A stretch of DNA of 64,000 nucleotides from Candidatus Doudnabacteria bacterium (GCA_963788395.1 CAWBGV010000031.1:73094-137093); one strand, 5' to 3'. Counted from the first letter of the stretch, positions 42,571-53,281 are shown. The notes: a model not told the origin generated them from the sequence alone. Numbers and translations: made by a program.

Positions 42571-43794
42571 TTAAATTTCTATCAGCTTTCTAATTTCCTC
42601 TCCTGTCCGCAGCGCGCTTTCAATATCGTCGGCGACGATGGTAATATGTCCCATTTTTCGTTCCACTCTTGTTTCTATTTTACCATAAATATGAACAAAA
42701 ATCTGCTCTACCGATGGTGCGGGAATTGCTGTTGAAAGATGATTTTTGGTTGCGAATTCCGTCCAATCCTCGTCAAAGCCTTCTAAGAGCGCCGGGCCGT
42801 TGCGCTCACCTAAAATATTAACCATGACCGCGGCCGGCACGGTCATGTCGGTGGGTCCCAAATCCATGCCGGTAATCGCCCGAATGTGCTGTTCAAACTG
42901 CGAAGTTTGGTACCCTTCGATGGTAAGATGGCCGGCATTATGGACGCGCGGAGCGATTTCGTTGATCATGACCACGCTACCTGTTTTATCCGGAAGATCA
43001 TTGGGATCTAGGGTCGGATACAATGGCTCGGAATAGAACATTTCTATACAAAAGACGCCCACACCTTTGAGTTGTTCCAGAGCCCGAATCGCTAGGTCAT
43101 GTGCCTGTTTTCTGGCCGCGTCGTCAATTCGCGCCGGGGCGATGACGGTGTGACAAATGTGATTTTGGTGAATAGTTTCAAATACGGGATAGACCGCAAT
43201 GGTTCCATCCACACTGCGCGCGGCCACAACAGATAGTTCTTTTTCAAAAACCACGAATTTTTCCACATATAGTTCGCGCCCCTGTAATTTTTTCATCGCC
43301 AGATCAATTCCTGTTTCATCTTCAATCAGTGCATTGCCTCTGCCATCGTAAGCTTCATACTTAGCTTTCAGGACAATCGGATAATCAAATTCCGCCGCCG
43401 CTTTAATAATCTCGTCTTTCGACGCCGCTTCCATAAAATCCGCGACGGTAATATGCGCTTTGCGCAGGAATTGTTTTTGGCCAAATTTATTTTTGATAAT
43501 ACTAAGCGTTTGCGGCGAGGGATGAATGATTTTCCCTTGCGCTTGCAGCTCTTCTAAGATAGTGCTGTTGGCCGACTCAATCTCGAACGTTAAAAAATCA
43601 CTTGCTCGCGCCAGCTCTTTTATTTTGTCTGGGTCTGTAAAATTACCAAGCAGGTGCCGGTCGGCCACTTGGGCCGCGGGAGAGTTTGGCGTGGGGTCGA
43701 GCACAGTCACGGTATACCCCAGCTTATGGGCCGCCTGGGCCAGCATTCTGCCCAATTGTCCGCCGCCGACGATGCCGATGGTTTTATTTGACAT
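42571..43794 (-). CDS. purK: N5-CAIR synthetase
   Basis: GGGQLGRML, YDGRGN, NEIAPRVHNAGH, SQFEQHIRA, RKMGH. Confidence 0.95.
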   Translation of the reverse strand: MSNKTIGIVGGGQLGRMLAQAAHKLGYTVTVLDPTPNSPAAQVADRHLLGNFTDPDKIKELARASDFLTFEIESANSTILEELQAQGKIIHPSPQTLSIIKNKFGQKQFLRKAHITVADFMEAASKDEIIKAAAEFDYPIVLKAKYEAYDGRGNALIEDETGIDLAMKKLQGRELYVEKFVVFEKELSVVAARSVDGTIAVYPVFETIHQNHICHTVIAPARIDDAARKQAHDLAIRALEQLKGVGVFCIEMFYSEPLYPTLDPNDLPDKTGSVVMINEIAPRVHNAGHLTIEGYQTSQFEQHIRAITGMDLGPTDMTVPAAVMVNILGERNGPALLEGFDEDWTEFATKNHLSTAIPAPSVEQIFVHIYGKIETRVERKMGHITIVADDIESALRTGEEIRKLIEI

Positions 43795-43795
43795 A

Positions 43796-43922
43796 CATGG
43801 TTAGTAGAGGGTTATAAGTTATAGCCGCCAGTATAGGTATAGGGTATAAGTGATAAGGTTTTTTACTTACAACTCATGACTTAAACCCAGACTGGCCGCC
43901 ACAACTAATACCCTATTACTAT
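43796..43922. repeat. Imperfect heptamer-periodic inverted repeat filling the purD-purK spacer
   Basis: tagtagagggttataagttatagccgccagt ... actggccgccacaactaataccctattacta; inner gtataagtgataag/cttacaactcatgac. Confidence 0.7.
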
Positions 43923-45194
43923 TCAGCTTAATGATTTCTTCCCAATATCCGTTCGAAATTGCATCCCCTCAAAATGTATCAGTTTAACTGCACCATACGC
44001 TTTATCCAAGGCTTCCTGCAAGCTGTCTCCAATTGCCGTTACTCCCAATACTCGTCCGCCATTGGTCACAAGCTTACCATCTTTTATGACGGTACCGGCG
44101 TGAAAAATTATGATATCGGGCAAACTTTCCGCGGCCGCAATGCCGGTAATCTCTTTCCCTTTTTCGTATTTGCCGGGGTATCCTCCACTGGCTAAAACGA
44201 TGCAGCAGGCGTATTTGGGCTCCCATTCAATTTTGATTTTAAGCAATGTTTGCTGAGCGCAGGCTTCGAACACGTCCAGCAGGTCCGTTTTCAGCAGCCG
44301 CAGGTAACTTTGGCACTCGGGGTCGCCAAAGCGGGCGTTAAACTCGATGACCGAAGGCCCGCCTCCGGTCATCATTAGTCCGGGATAGAGCAGCCCGCTA
44401 AACGGACTGCCAAGTTTTTTTAACCCTTCCAGGGCGCGGTAGACTATATGGTTTTTTACTTCGAGCATATCGTCTTGGGTAATCCACGGCAGGGGAGCAA
44501 TCGTACCCATGCCGCCCGTGTTAGGGCCCCGGTCGCCGTCGAAAGCGCGCTTGTGGTCTTGTGACGGCGGAAACATCTGGAAACTTTTGCCGTCACAAAT
44601 CGCGTGAGTAGAAAATTCTCGGCCGGCTAAATATTCTTCTATTACCACTTCACTGCCGGCTTCACCGTGGATTTTATTGAGCATACTGTCGCGAAGAGCT
44701 TGCTCGGCTTCATCTAAAGTTTGGCAAACACTCACACCCTTACCCAAAGCAAGTCCTGAGGCTTTAATGACCGTGGGCAAGCCGGAGCTTTTAATGTACT
44801 CAAGCGCCTGGTTATAGTCGGTAAAAGTTTTATATTTGGCCGTGGGAATGTCGGCCTGATCCATAAAATGTTTGGCAAACGATTTGGAAGCTTCGATTTT
44901 GGCAGCCGCTTTGGTTGGTCCAAAAATCTTAAGGCCTTTCTCTAAAAAAGCATCAGTGATCCCCAAGGCCAGGGGATCATCAGGCCCGACAACGGTTACA
45001 TCGATATTTTTTTTCAGCGCGAATTGAACCAGGCCGCCAACATCTGTTGCCGGAATCGCGACCGCTTCCGCCAGTGCGGCCGTGCCCATGTTCCCGGGCG
45101 CTATGTATATTTTTTGCACGCGCGGTGACTGCGCCAGCTTCCAAACCAACGCGTGCTCCCGACCGCCGCTGCCAATAACCAGAATTTTTTTCAT
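43923..45194 (-). CDS. purD: Phosphoribosylamine-glycine ligase
   Basis: GSGGREHAL, APGN, QDHKR..DGD.GPNTGGMG, EFNARFGDPE, GGRVL. Confidence 0.97.
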   Translation of the reverse strand: MKKILVIGSGGREHALVWKLAQSPRVQKIYIAPGNMGTAALAEAVAIPATDVGGLVQFALKKNIDVTVVGPDDPLALGITDAFLEKGLKIFGPTKAAAKIEASKSFAKHFMDQADIPTAKYKTFTDYNQALEYIKSSGLPTVIKASGLALGKGVSVCQTLDEAEQALRDSMLNKIHGEAGSEVVIEEYLAGREFSTHAICDGKSFQMFPPSQDHKRAFDGDRGPNTGGMGTIAPLPWITQDDMLEVKNHIVYRALEGLKKLGSPFSGLLYPGLMMTGGGPSVIEFNARFGDPECQSYLRLLKTDLLDVFEACAQQTLLKIKIEWEPKYACCIVLASGGYPGKYEKGKEITGIAAAESLPDIIIFHAGTVIKDGKLVTNGGRVLGVTAIGDSLQEALDKAYGAVKLIHFEGMQFRTDIGKKSLS

Positions 45195-45203
45195 AAAATG
45201 AAG

Positions 45204-45239
45204 TGTCTAAGATTTTAACGATAGTTAAAATCTTAGACA
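45204..45239. repeat. Perfect 16-bp hairpin between purN and purD
   Basis: tgtctaagattttaac-gata-gttaaaatcttagaca. Confidence 0.8.
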
Positions 45240-45251
45240 GATTGATATATG

Positions 45252-45848
45252 TCAGGCCGTTAGTTTTTTAAGCGCTTTGGTATAGAGTTGGTTTTCTTTA
45301 GCTTTTAATCTTGTGTAGAGCGAGTCTACGGTATCGCCAGGCAAGATAGCTTCAAATGTGCGCCCAAGTACCGGGCCGAAATCAAAATCTAAAGTCAAAA
45401 AATGAATCGACGATCCGGCATAGGTGGCGCCCTGGTCCAAAAAATTTTGGACAGCTTTGGCTGCAAGCATGCCTTGATTCCACAGCCCGTCAGTGCCGTC
45501 GGGGTTTTTTACCGTACCATCTTGGGTATCGGGAACAAGGCCCGGGTGGAGGTTTAAAATTTTGTTTGGAAATTTCAGAATTACGTCGTCGGGAATAAAT
45601 TGCTTCCATCCCGCCAGGCAAATAAAGTCAGGGTTTAAGTTTTGCAATAGCGGTAACAACGCTGCTTTTGTGGGGCAAATTTCAATCGGTATGGCATGTC
45701 GCTTTGCCCGCTCCAAACCCGGTGCAGCGGGAGTGTCCGAGACAACGGCCGAAATTCGGGCTTTAATTTTGCCAGCGGCTACAGCGTCTATAATTGCCTG
45801 GAGGTTAGTTCCGATTCCGGTATTAGAAATGAGGACGACAATGTTCAT
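45252..45848 (-). CDS. purN: GAR transformylase
   Basis: GTNLQAII, LAGW, LNLHPGL, GSSIHF..DFDFGP; operon context. Confidence 0.9.
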   Translation of the reverse strand: MNIVVLISNTGIGTNLQAIIDAVAAGKIKARISAVVSDTPAAPGLERAKRHAIPIEICPTKAALLPLLQNLNPDFICLAGWKQFIPDDVILKFPNKILNLHPGLVPDTQDGTVKNPDGTDGLWNQGMLAAKAVQNFLDQGATYAGSSIHFLTLDFDFGPVLGRTFEAILPGDTVDSLYTRLKAKENQLYTKALKKLTA

Positions 45849-45850
45849 AA

Positions 45851-47266
45851 TTAAAACAGTGTTCCCGGAGTCTTTACCTCGGAATAAATCGGTTGATGCA
45901 CTTCTTCGGCGCGTTCCAGTAAATCTATGGGATAATTGCCTGTAAAACAGGAAGTGTTAAAAACCTTTTCCGGCAAGCCGGTGGCGTGGATGAGTCCCGG
46001 CAAAGATAAAAAGTACAAACTGGTCGCGCCTAAAAATTGTCGCACCTCTTCCACCGTTTTATTGGCAGAAATCAAGTTTTGCTGCTTGGGAGTATCAATT
46101 CCATAAAAGTCAGGATAGACAACCGGCGGTGAACTAATCAGCAAATGGACCTCTTTGGCGCCGGCTTCAAAAATCATTTTCACCAGTTGTTTGGAAGTGG
46201 TGCCGCGGACTATGGAGTCGTCCATGACCACGATTTTTTTACCGGCCAAGACTTCGGGCAGGGGTGTTAGTTTAAGCCGTACGCCCAAATCGCGGCTGTG
46301 CTGTTCGGGTTGAATGAACGTGCGGTGGATGTAGCGATTTTTGACCAGCGCCATTTCGAACGGTAAATTTAAAGCTTTGGCGTACCCGCTGGCCACGGGA
46401 ATGGCCGTTTCCGGCACGGGAACGACCATGTCGGCCGCCACCGGAAATTCTTCGGCCAGCCGCGTGCCGCAATTGTGGCGGACTTGGTAGACGGATTGCC
46501 CCAGTAAGTTACTATCGGGTCGGGCAAAATAGACAAATTCAAAAATATCCAGTTTAGGATTTGGTTCGGCAATTTGGATGGAGGTAATTCCATGGCTATT
46601 TATAATTACCATTTCTCCCGGCTTAATCTCACGGATAAATTCCGCGCCCACAGTATGGAAGGCGCAGGTTTCGGAAGCAATCACATAGCCTCCGTTAAGT
46701 TTTCCTAAAACCAGCGGTCTGATTCCGTAACTGTCACGGACAGCCACTAAACTATCTTGTGTTAAAAGTGTTAGTGAAAAAGCGCCCGTAAACAGGGGAA
46801 AACTTTTTTCGACGGCTTCGGCAATCGAATGGTCGTGGTCCAGGTAGTAGGCAATGGCTTTGGCCATAAGTTCGGAGTCGCTGCAATCTTCGGTTGGAAT
46901 GTCTTTGCCTTCCAGAAAAGTTTTGAGCGCGGTTATAGAAGGCAAATTTCCGTTATGAGCCAGGGCGACTTGGCCGTTTATTACAATGGGCTGGGCGTGT
47001 TTTAAGTGGGAGCCTTCAGAGGTAGAATAGCGGTTATGGCCAATGGCAATATCGCCTTTTAAACTTTGGATAGTCTCTTCGTTATAGACGTGGCTGACCA
47101 GCCCCATATTTTTGTAGCAGTCAAGGTGGTGGCCGTTGGATACCGCAATCCCGCTGGATTCCTGCCCGCGGTGCTGCAGTGCGAACAATGCAAAAAACGC
47201 CAGACGGGAAACGTCGAGTCCTTTGCCGTAGATGCCGAAAACCGCGCATTTTTCGTTTAGGTGCAT
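45851..47266 (-). CDS. purF: Amidophosphoribosyltransferase
   Basis: EKCAVFG, LQHRGQESSG, GHNRYST, HNGNL, FEFVYFARPDS, DDSIVRGTT. Confidence 0.97.
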   Translation of the reverse strand: MHLNEKCAVFGIYGKGLDVSRLAFFALFALQHRGQESSGIAVSNGHHLDCYKNMGLVSHVYNEETIQSLKGDIAIGHNRYSTSEGSHLKHAQPIVINGQVALAHNGNLPSITALKTFLEGKDIPTEDCSDSELMAKAIAYYLDHDHSIAEAVEKSFPLFTGAFSLTLLTQDSLVAVRDSYGIRPLVLGKLNGGYVIASETCAFHTVGAEFIREIKPGEMVIINSHGITSIQIAEPNPKLDIFEFVYFARPDSNLLGQSVYQVRHNCGTRLAEEFPVAADMVVPVPETAIPVASGYAKALNLPFEMALVKNRYIHRTFIQPEQHSRDLGVRLKLTPLPEVLAGKKIVVMDDSIVRGTTSKQLVKMIFEAGAKEVHLLISSPPVVYPDFYGIDTPKQQNLISANKTVEEVRQFLGATSLYFLSLPGLIHATGLPEKVFNTSCFTGNYPIDLLERAEEVHQPIYSEVKTPGTLF

Positions 47267-47267
47267 G

Positions 47268-47705
47268 TAGTATGTATCGGGTATTATGTATTATGTATAC
47301 TGCGGTTGGTAACGGTTTTCATCAATCCGTGAATAAGCTTACTCACTACTATTGTCTGATTTGCTGTCTCTAAAAAAACTTCCTTTGTTACATAACCCAG
47401 ATCTTTCGCAATCAGTAACTGATTTTGTACTTCTGTCAGTGAGCCGAGCGCGATAGCATAAAATTGCATTTTTTCTTTTGCAAAATTTCGGCTGAAACCC
47501 TCGGCAATATTGGAAGAAATTGAGACAACAGCGCGGCAAATCTGTGAGATTAAACGAAATATTTCTTCTTTTGGAAAAGATTTGGTTATTTTATAGACCA
47601 TCAAGACTAATTTATGAGCCTCTTTCCAAGCCTTAAGATCAGTAAAAGATTTGATTTTAGTATCCATACCCATACATTATACACGATACTTAATACATAA
47701 TACTA
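47268..47705. repeat. Inverted (GTATTAT)n/(ATAATAC)n heptamer arrays flanking the four-helix-bundle gene
   Basis: tagtatgtatcgggtattatgtattatgtat (47268-47298) and atacattatacacgatacttaatacataatacta (47672-47705). Confidence 0.85.
47284..47673 (-). CDS. Four-helix-bundle protein (23S rRNA IVP / bAvd-like family)
   Basis: SFTDLKAWKEAH, FPKEE.F.L.SQ..RA.VSISSNIAEGF.R, IALGSLTE..NQL.IA.DLGY. Confidence 0.92.
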   Translation of the reverse strand: MGMDTKIKSFTDLKAWKEAHKLVLMVYKITKSFPKEEIFRLISQICRAVVSISSNIAEGFSRNFAKEKMQFYAIALGSLTEVQNQLLIAKDLGYVTKEVFLETANQTIVVSKLIHGLMKTVTNRSIHNT

Positions 47706-48473
47706 GGAGAGAAAGTAGCCGACTGCGTTTTGGAATATTTTGAAACCTGGACCATATTGGGGGAGTTTTTTACCGCTGCGCGACAATTTTTCTTTTAGGT
47801 ATGTCCAGTGCGGCAACTGGGTAAAGAATACGGCCCGTTCGGGATGGGGCATCATGCCCAGAACCCGGCCACTGGAGGCAGTGATAGCGGCAATATCTGC
47901 GATCGCACCATTGGGGTTGGCTTCGAGGTTTTGAAATTTTGAGACTTCCCCTTTTGTGTAGGTCAGCGTTATGGCTTTGTCCTTTTTGAGATTTTTAAGC
48001 CCTGCGTTGTCTATATAATAGTTGCCTTCGCCATGGGCGATGGGTAATGAGAAAGATGATAATCCTTTGAGCCACGGAGAAATCCCAGTGGTGGTGAGAT
48101 CTACCCACCGATCAAGATAGCGAGCTTTTTTATTTGAGGTTAAGGCTCCGGGCAGTAATCCGGCTTGCGTTAATATTTGAAATCCATTACAAATCCCAAT
48201 TACAAGTTTATCTTTGCTGATAAATTGTTGCAGTTGGCTGGACAAATGATTTTTGAGTTTGTTGGCGTAAGCTTTGCCGCTGCCGGTGTCATCTCCAAAA
48301 GAAAATCCGCCAGGCACGGCTAATATTTGGTAGTTGGAAAGTTTTTTCTCTCCGGCTACTAAATCATTAATATGGACAATGTCCGCCCGCGCGCCAGCCA
48401 GCTCAAAAGCGAACTTGGTTTCGTCTTCGCAATTAAGGCCGTAGCCAGAGAGTATAAGAACTTTTGGTGTCAT
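47703..48473 (-). CDS. purQ: FGAM synthase glutaminase subunit
   Basis: GYGLNC..ET, PGGFSFGD, GICNGFQ, PIAHGEG, NPNG, GMMPHPER. Confidence 0.95.
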   Translation of the reverse strand: MTPKVLILSGYGLNCEDETKFAFELAGARADIVHINDLVAGEKKLSNYQILAVPGGFSFGDDTGSGKAYANKLKNHLSSQLQQFISKDKLVIGICNGFQILTQAGLLPGALTSNKKARYLDRWVDLTTTGISPWLKGLSSFSLPIAHGEGNYYIDNAGLKNLKKDKAITLTYTKGEVSKFQNLEANPNGAIADIAAITASSGRVLGMMPHPERAVFFTQLPHWTYLKEKLSRSGKKLPQYGPGFKIFQNAVGYFLS

Positions 48474-48537
48474 TTAATAAAATAAATTAATTAATGTGCA
48501 TTGCCACGTGAGTCCGCAGGTTGGACGCGGAAAGAGG

Positions 48538-51470
48538 TCAATAATTCTGTAAAGGTTTTTTATAAACCTGCTCAAGAGTTTTAACGGGAATGTCCATAAT
48601 TTTTTTACCGTCAGTGCCAGCTACCGTCAAAGATGATCCTTTTATTATCCCGATTTCCGTTACCGCGATGTTTTTCATTAGGGCTTCGAATTGTTTTTTT
48701 AGTTTTGGATTAATGCTGACCAGAATTCGTCCCTGACTTTCAGAGAAGAGGGCGGTTTGGTGGTCGGGAACTTGGCCGGGTAGGTTTTTGACGGTCACCG
48801 ACGCGCCCAAGTTGCCGGCAATGCACATTTTTGACAGCGCCGCAGCCAGGCCGCCGCGGCCGACGCTGATGGCGGAGGCTAACAGTTTTTTTTGTACAGC
48901 TTTGTAAAAGGCCCGGTAGAGTCGGAGATTTTTAGCGGCGTCAACGTGTGGTACCGTCCCGGCGCTTATTAATTCGCTGCCGCCAAATTCGGGAAAAGTT
49001 TCGCCGAGCAAATAAATGCTGTCGCCGGCAGCTTTTGCGTCGAGCGTGACTGTCTTGGTAACATCTGGAATTACTCCTACAGTAGAGATAAGCAGCGTCG
49101 GCGGAATGGAAATTTTGAGCGGCTGGCCGGATTCGTCAAAACCTTTAAAATCGTTAAACATGCTGTCTTTGCCGGAAATAAAAGGCGTGCCAAAGGCGGT
49201 GGCGTAATCGTAGCAGGCTTTCACGGCTTGTTTTAACTGGCCTAAACGTTCCGGTTCGTTGGAACTACACCAGCAAAAATTGTCGAGCAGCGCCAGTTCG
49301 TCGATGTTTGCCCCGGCAGCTACGGCCGCGCGGATGGCGCTGTCGATGCTGCAAGCAGCGGATCGGTAAGGGTCTAATTCTGCGGCTTTGGGGTGCAGCC
49401 CCAATGACAGTATGATCCCTTTATCCGACGTGAGGACTGGCCTCATTACTGCAGCTTCGGCATTAACGCGTCCTTTGCCTTGGAGCGGTTTGGTCACGGA
49501 CGTACCTTGTACTTCGTGGTCATATTGCTGCGAAATAAATTCGTAGCTGCAAATGTTGAGCGCACAAAGTAAATTGAGGGTTGTTTGATTGTAGTCGATG
49601 CCGAGATTATGAGAGACTGGCGAGTTCATCACCGTCACCGGTTTGCTTTCGAGATGTTTAATCGGCACGCCGTCATGCAAAAAATCCATTTGCATGTCCA
49701 TGACTTTTTGTTTTTGGTATTTGACCACGCAGCGGCCGGTGTTGGTGAATTTTCCAATTACCGTGGCCTCGACGTCGCGCTGCTTCATGAGCCGCGAAAA
49801 ATCCTTCCACTTATTTTTTGGCACGGCCAAGGTCATGCGCTCCTGCGATTCGGAAATCCAAATTTCCCAGGGCTGCAGGCCGGGGTATTTTAGGGGCACT
49901 TTATCTAAATAGACTTCGCAGCCACCGGACTCTTTGGCCATTTCCCCCACGGAGGACGAGAGTCCGCCGGCGCCGTCATCGGTAATGCTGGTATACAAAT
50001 TCTTTTGCCGTGCTTCGCGGATAATTGCGTCGCTAAGTTTTTTCTGGGTAATCGGATCGCCAATCTGCACGGCCGTGGCAGGGGAGCCGCTGTTTAAGCT
50101 TTCGGAAGAAAATGTGGCGCCGTGGATGCCGTCTTTACCCACGCGTCCGCCAGCCATAACAATGTAGTCGCCGGGGCGCGCTTTTTTAAGGTGCGAAAGG
50201 CGGCTGCCGATTTTACGGGGAATGAGCCCCACGGTACCGGCAAAGACTAAGGGTTTGCCGCGGTAGCGAGGGTCGAAAAACACAAATCCCAGCGGCGTGG
50301 GAATGCCGCTGCAATTGCCGCCGTTGTTAATTCCCGCCACCACGCCCTGCATAATGCGCTCAGCGGAAAGCATTTTTTGGGTTTTGTCTTGGTCGCGATA
50401 GAGCTCGGTGGTATCGGCAGGGTCGGCTAAGCAAAAACCATAAAAGTTGGCAATGGGTTTGGAGCCTAAGCCAAAACCTAAGGCGTCGCGGTTAACACCC
50501 ACGATTCCCGTGACTGACCCGCCAAAGGGATCGAGCGCGGATGGGGAGTTGTGGGTTTCGACTTTGTGGGTAATGAGATATTCGTCGTCAAAAGCAATGG
50601 CCCCGGAATTGTCGGTAAAGACGGAAACGCAGCAGTCATCTTTTCCTTTTGCTCGACGGATGGTTTCGGTCGCGCCTTTAATGTAGGTTTTATATAATCC
50701 TTTCTCCAGTTCGTCGAGCGGTGAGGCAAAAATGGTGTGCTTGCAATGTTCGGACCAGGTTTGGGCCAGACTTTCCAGTTCAAGATCGGTCGGCTGACGT
50801 TTTTGCAAAATAAAATAATCGCGGATAGCGCGCATGGCGTCTAAATCTAAAGCCAGCGGTCCGCGGCGTTGGCCGGAAGAGTCGGGAATGCCTTGTTTGC
50901 CAATGGCAGCCAGTTCTTCGTCGGTAATATTTAAATTTATTTTTAAAGTTTTGCGGCTGCCGGTAAGTTTAACGCGGGGAATGGTTAAAGGCACGCCGCT
51001 GATTTTGATTTCCGCGGCCGGAATGATTTTTGCGCGCTGAATCAGAGGATTGTAGAGACTGTCGGCAATGGTTTGAAGATCAGCGGCGGTAAGTTTGCCG
51101 GAAATAAAGAAAACAGCCGAGGAATAAGTATTCTGGCCGTCTTTAAATTTGTGTTTGAGCCCGTCGGCAATGGTTTGGCGCGCGGTGGCGCCTACGTTGT
51201 CCGTGACTCCGGGTAAAAAACCTATTTCTATGGCCGCAGTGAAATTTTTTGGTCCGCGGTAAGGCAGGTCGGCTTGCTCAATAACCGGATTAGTCAGGAG
51301 GGCGGCTGCTTTTTGAATATCTTTGGCCGAGAAGTTTCCGTCTAGGATGTAACTGTCTGCTACTTCCACGGATCCCAGGGAACCGCTCAGCCCCAAATTA
51401 TGAAATTGTTTTAAACGCACTCCCCCCGCGCGTCTGGAATTTTACTATGAACGTCGATGCGAACGGCCAT
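48538..51470 (-). CDS. purL: FGAM synthase large subunit with fused PurS-like N-terminal domains (frameshift in homopolymer ~51425)
   Basis: PGVTDNVG, QTWSEHCKH, KVETHNSPSALDPFGG, DGIHGATFSS, SESQERM, QYDHEVQG, FISGKDSM. Confidence 0.95.
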
Positions 51471-52243
51471 GGAAAATGGGGTGAATTGATAGGGTAATTA
51501 TAGCCGAAAGTGGCTAAAATCACAAATAAAAAGAACCCATCCTGAGGCCCTTATGTTTTGGAGGCTTTTGCCAACATCAGGAGTTGCGCAAAAGTTGAAC
51601 ACGAGCCGAAGGATGGGTTAAATTGGTGGCGTTTATCGAACACGAAGCGGTGGGCAATGTAGCCCAGACTAGCGCTTTACCGAGACCTGATTTTCACCAT
51701 GATATTGCGAGCATCTTGATGAGGATTGCAGGGGGGTCTCGGAACGGTCTCCGTCGAGGACGAATCCGTAGTTGTGTGGATTAACTCTATAATACCTCCT
51801 GTGATTGGTGTTTACCGTATCCGAAATTCGGGCGGCTAAGTCTGGAAACGGTGAGTTCCCATTGGTGTGGTGGGCGAGTGGAGTAAGTACTCCGGCGAAA
51901 AAATTCTTAGCTCTGTTATGCGCATAGTATTTGCACATCGATGCGTTGAGCTTAGAACTGCGTCGTGAACGCGAATAGCCATTTTCTAAAATCAGCCATG
52001 GCAGTTACAGAATAAAGCTTTATAGTGAGATTGTCAATAAAGAGGGGATCCGCCTTCGTCCATATTAAGATATTTAGTTGGTTGGAATGTTTTGTAATAC
52101 TACCAAGAGATGTGAAAATTTTATAGGCGGCTATGGCGGATTAATTTCTATAATATTAAATTAAAGCAATTAAAAAAGCGCCCGAGGGTGCCAGATGCCG
52201 GGTTAACGGACAAATGGCGCCCCAGGGCGTAGACAGGACGGAA

Positions 52244-52723
52244 CTACACTTCAGCAGACCTGTTCAGCTCGTTGGTGGTCCATGTAATTGGACCGGAGCG
52301 TGCGACCTGATGAACAGCAACCGTTGGAGTGTTGGTGTGTGCCGGCGCCGCGTTGGCGCTTGCATTGTTTTGGTTCTTCGCAGGAATTGGTTTGCCGTGG
52401 TTTGCCGCAGTAGTAATAATATCGCGCGCGGTTACCTCGGGAACCGGAGTCCTGGAATTGACATTGGCGACAATGTTACGCGAGTTAGTAGCTGCGGCAA
52501 TGGCAGACAACGTGGTCTCGCGTAACGACGTGGTTACAGCGTTTGTGGCTTGGGGCGCGTCCGGCGTATTGGTGGGCGCATTAGCCAGGTTAGCGGTTGA
52601 GCCGACGATAGCAACCGAGTTAGTTGCGTTTGCGGCGTTGTTAGTCGCTGCCATACCGATAGTTGCGGTAAGAAAAAGCAGCGCGCAGACAGCCAAGGCA
52701 ATACCGAAGAAGTGTCGCTTCAT
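52244..52723 (-). CDS. Secreted Ala/Asn/Thr-rich low-complexity protein
   Basis: AGAGGA RBS, signal peptide MKRHFFGIALAVCALLFL, downstream hairpin terminator at about 52172-52230. Confidence 0.65.
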   Translation of the reverse strand: MKRHFFGIALAVCALLFLTATIGMAATNNAANATNSVAIVGSTANLANAPTNTPDAPQATNAVTTSLRETTLSAIAAATNSRNIVANVNSRTPVPEVTARDIITTAANHGKPIPAKNQNNASANAAPAHTNTPTVAVHQVARSGPITWTTNELNRSAEV

Positions 52724-53032
52724 TCAGTTATCCTCTTTTTTTTGTGTCTAAACAGACGAACCTACCCCAAAGGTAAAATTCAGATTCGCTCGTGCGAAAT
52801 CATATGGCAATTTTAAGGATCCAAGCGGAATTTGTCAAATTTTGGCATTGTTGATAACTAGAGGAGGGCGAAGCATGAAGCATGAAGCACGCAACATGGA
52901 GCGTACTCTTACCATCCTTTACATTTATCCCGAAGGAAATGATCCCGAAGGAAGTATAGACAAAAGGATGCTTCTATGATATAGTAAGATGTCGTAAAGT
53001 TAAAAAACGAACCGACAAAATATCCAGAAGGA

Positions 53033-53281
53033 GTGAAGATGAACAGCGTAGAATTTAACGTAGTAATCAAGATAAAGAAATGGTTGCTCCAAACGATTGA
53101 GGCAGGATTTATCCTCGGTCTCATAGTTGCCGTTAACGTTGAGGTAAACCCTCTGATAACCTACGAGCATGTAAAATTCGCCGTCGCTTTAGGGATGATG
53201 TTTTGGGCAATCATAGGGGTGATTGTCTGGGCCTCCCATCATGACCGCAGGAGCAAAAGAGCTCAAAGAACCTGTTTTTAG
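53033..53281 (+). CDS. Small two-TM hypothetical protein
   Basis: GAAGGAG RBS; two hydrophobic helices; terminator near 53377-53411. Confidence 0.5.
   Translation: MKMNSVEFNVVIKIKKWLLQTIEAGFILGLIVAVNVEVNPLITYEHVKFAVALGMMFWAIIGVIVWASHHDRRSKRAQRTCF

Noticed and set aside
47284-47673. Diversity-generating retroelement
   Set aside because: The protein is Avd-like, but there is no reverse transcriptase and I saw no template/variable repeat pair in the window.
36174-51530. Purine or ZTP riboswitch before purH or purL
   Set aside because: -10 boxes lie very close to both start codons (36302-36307; 51497-51502) and no aptamer consensus is recognisable.
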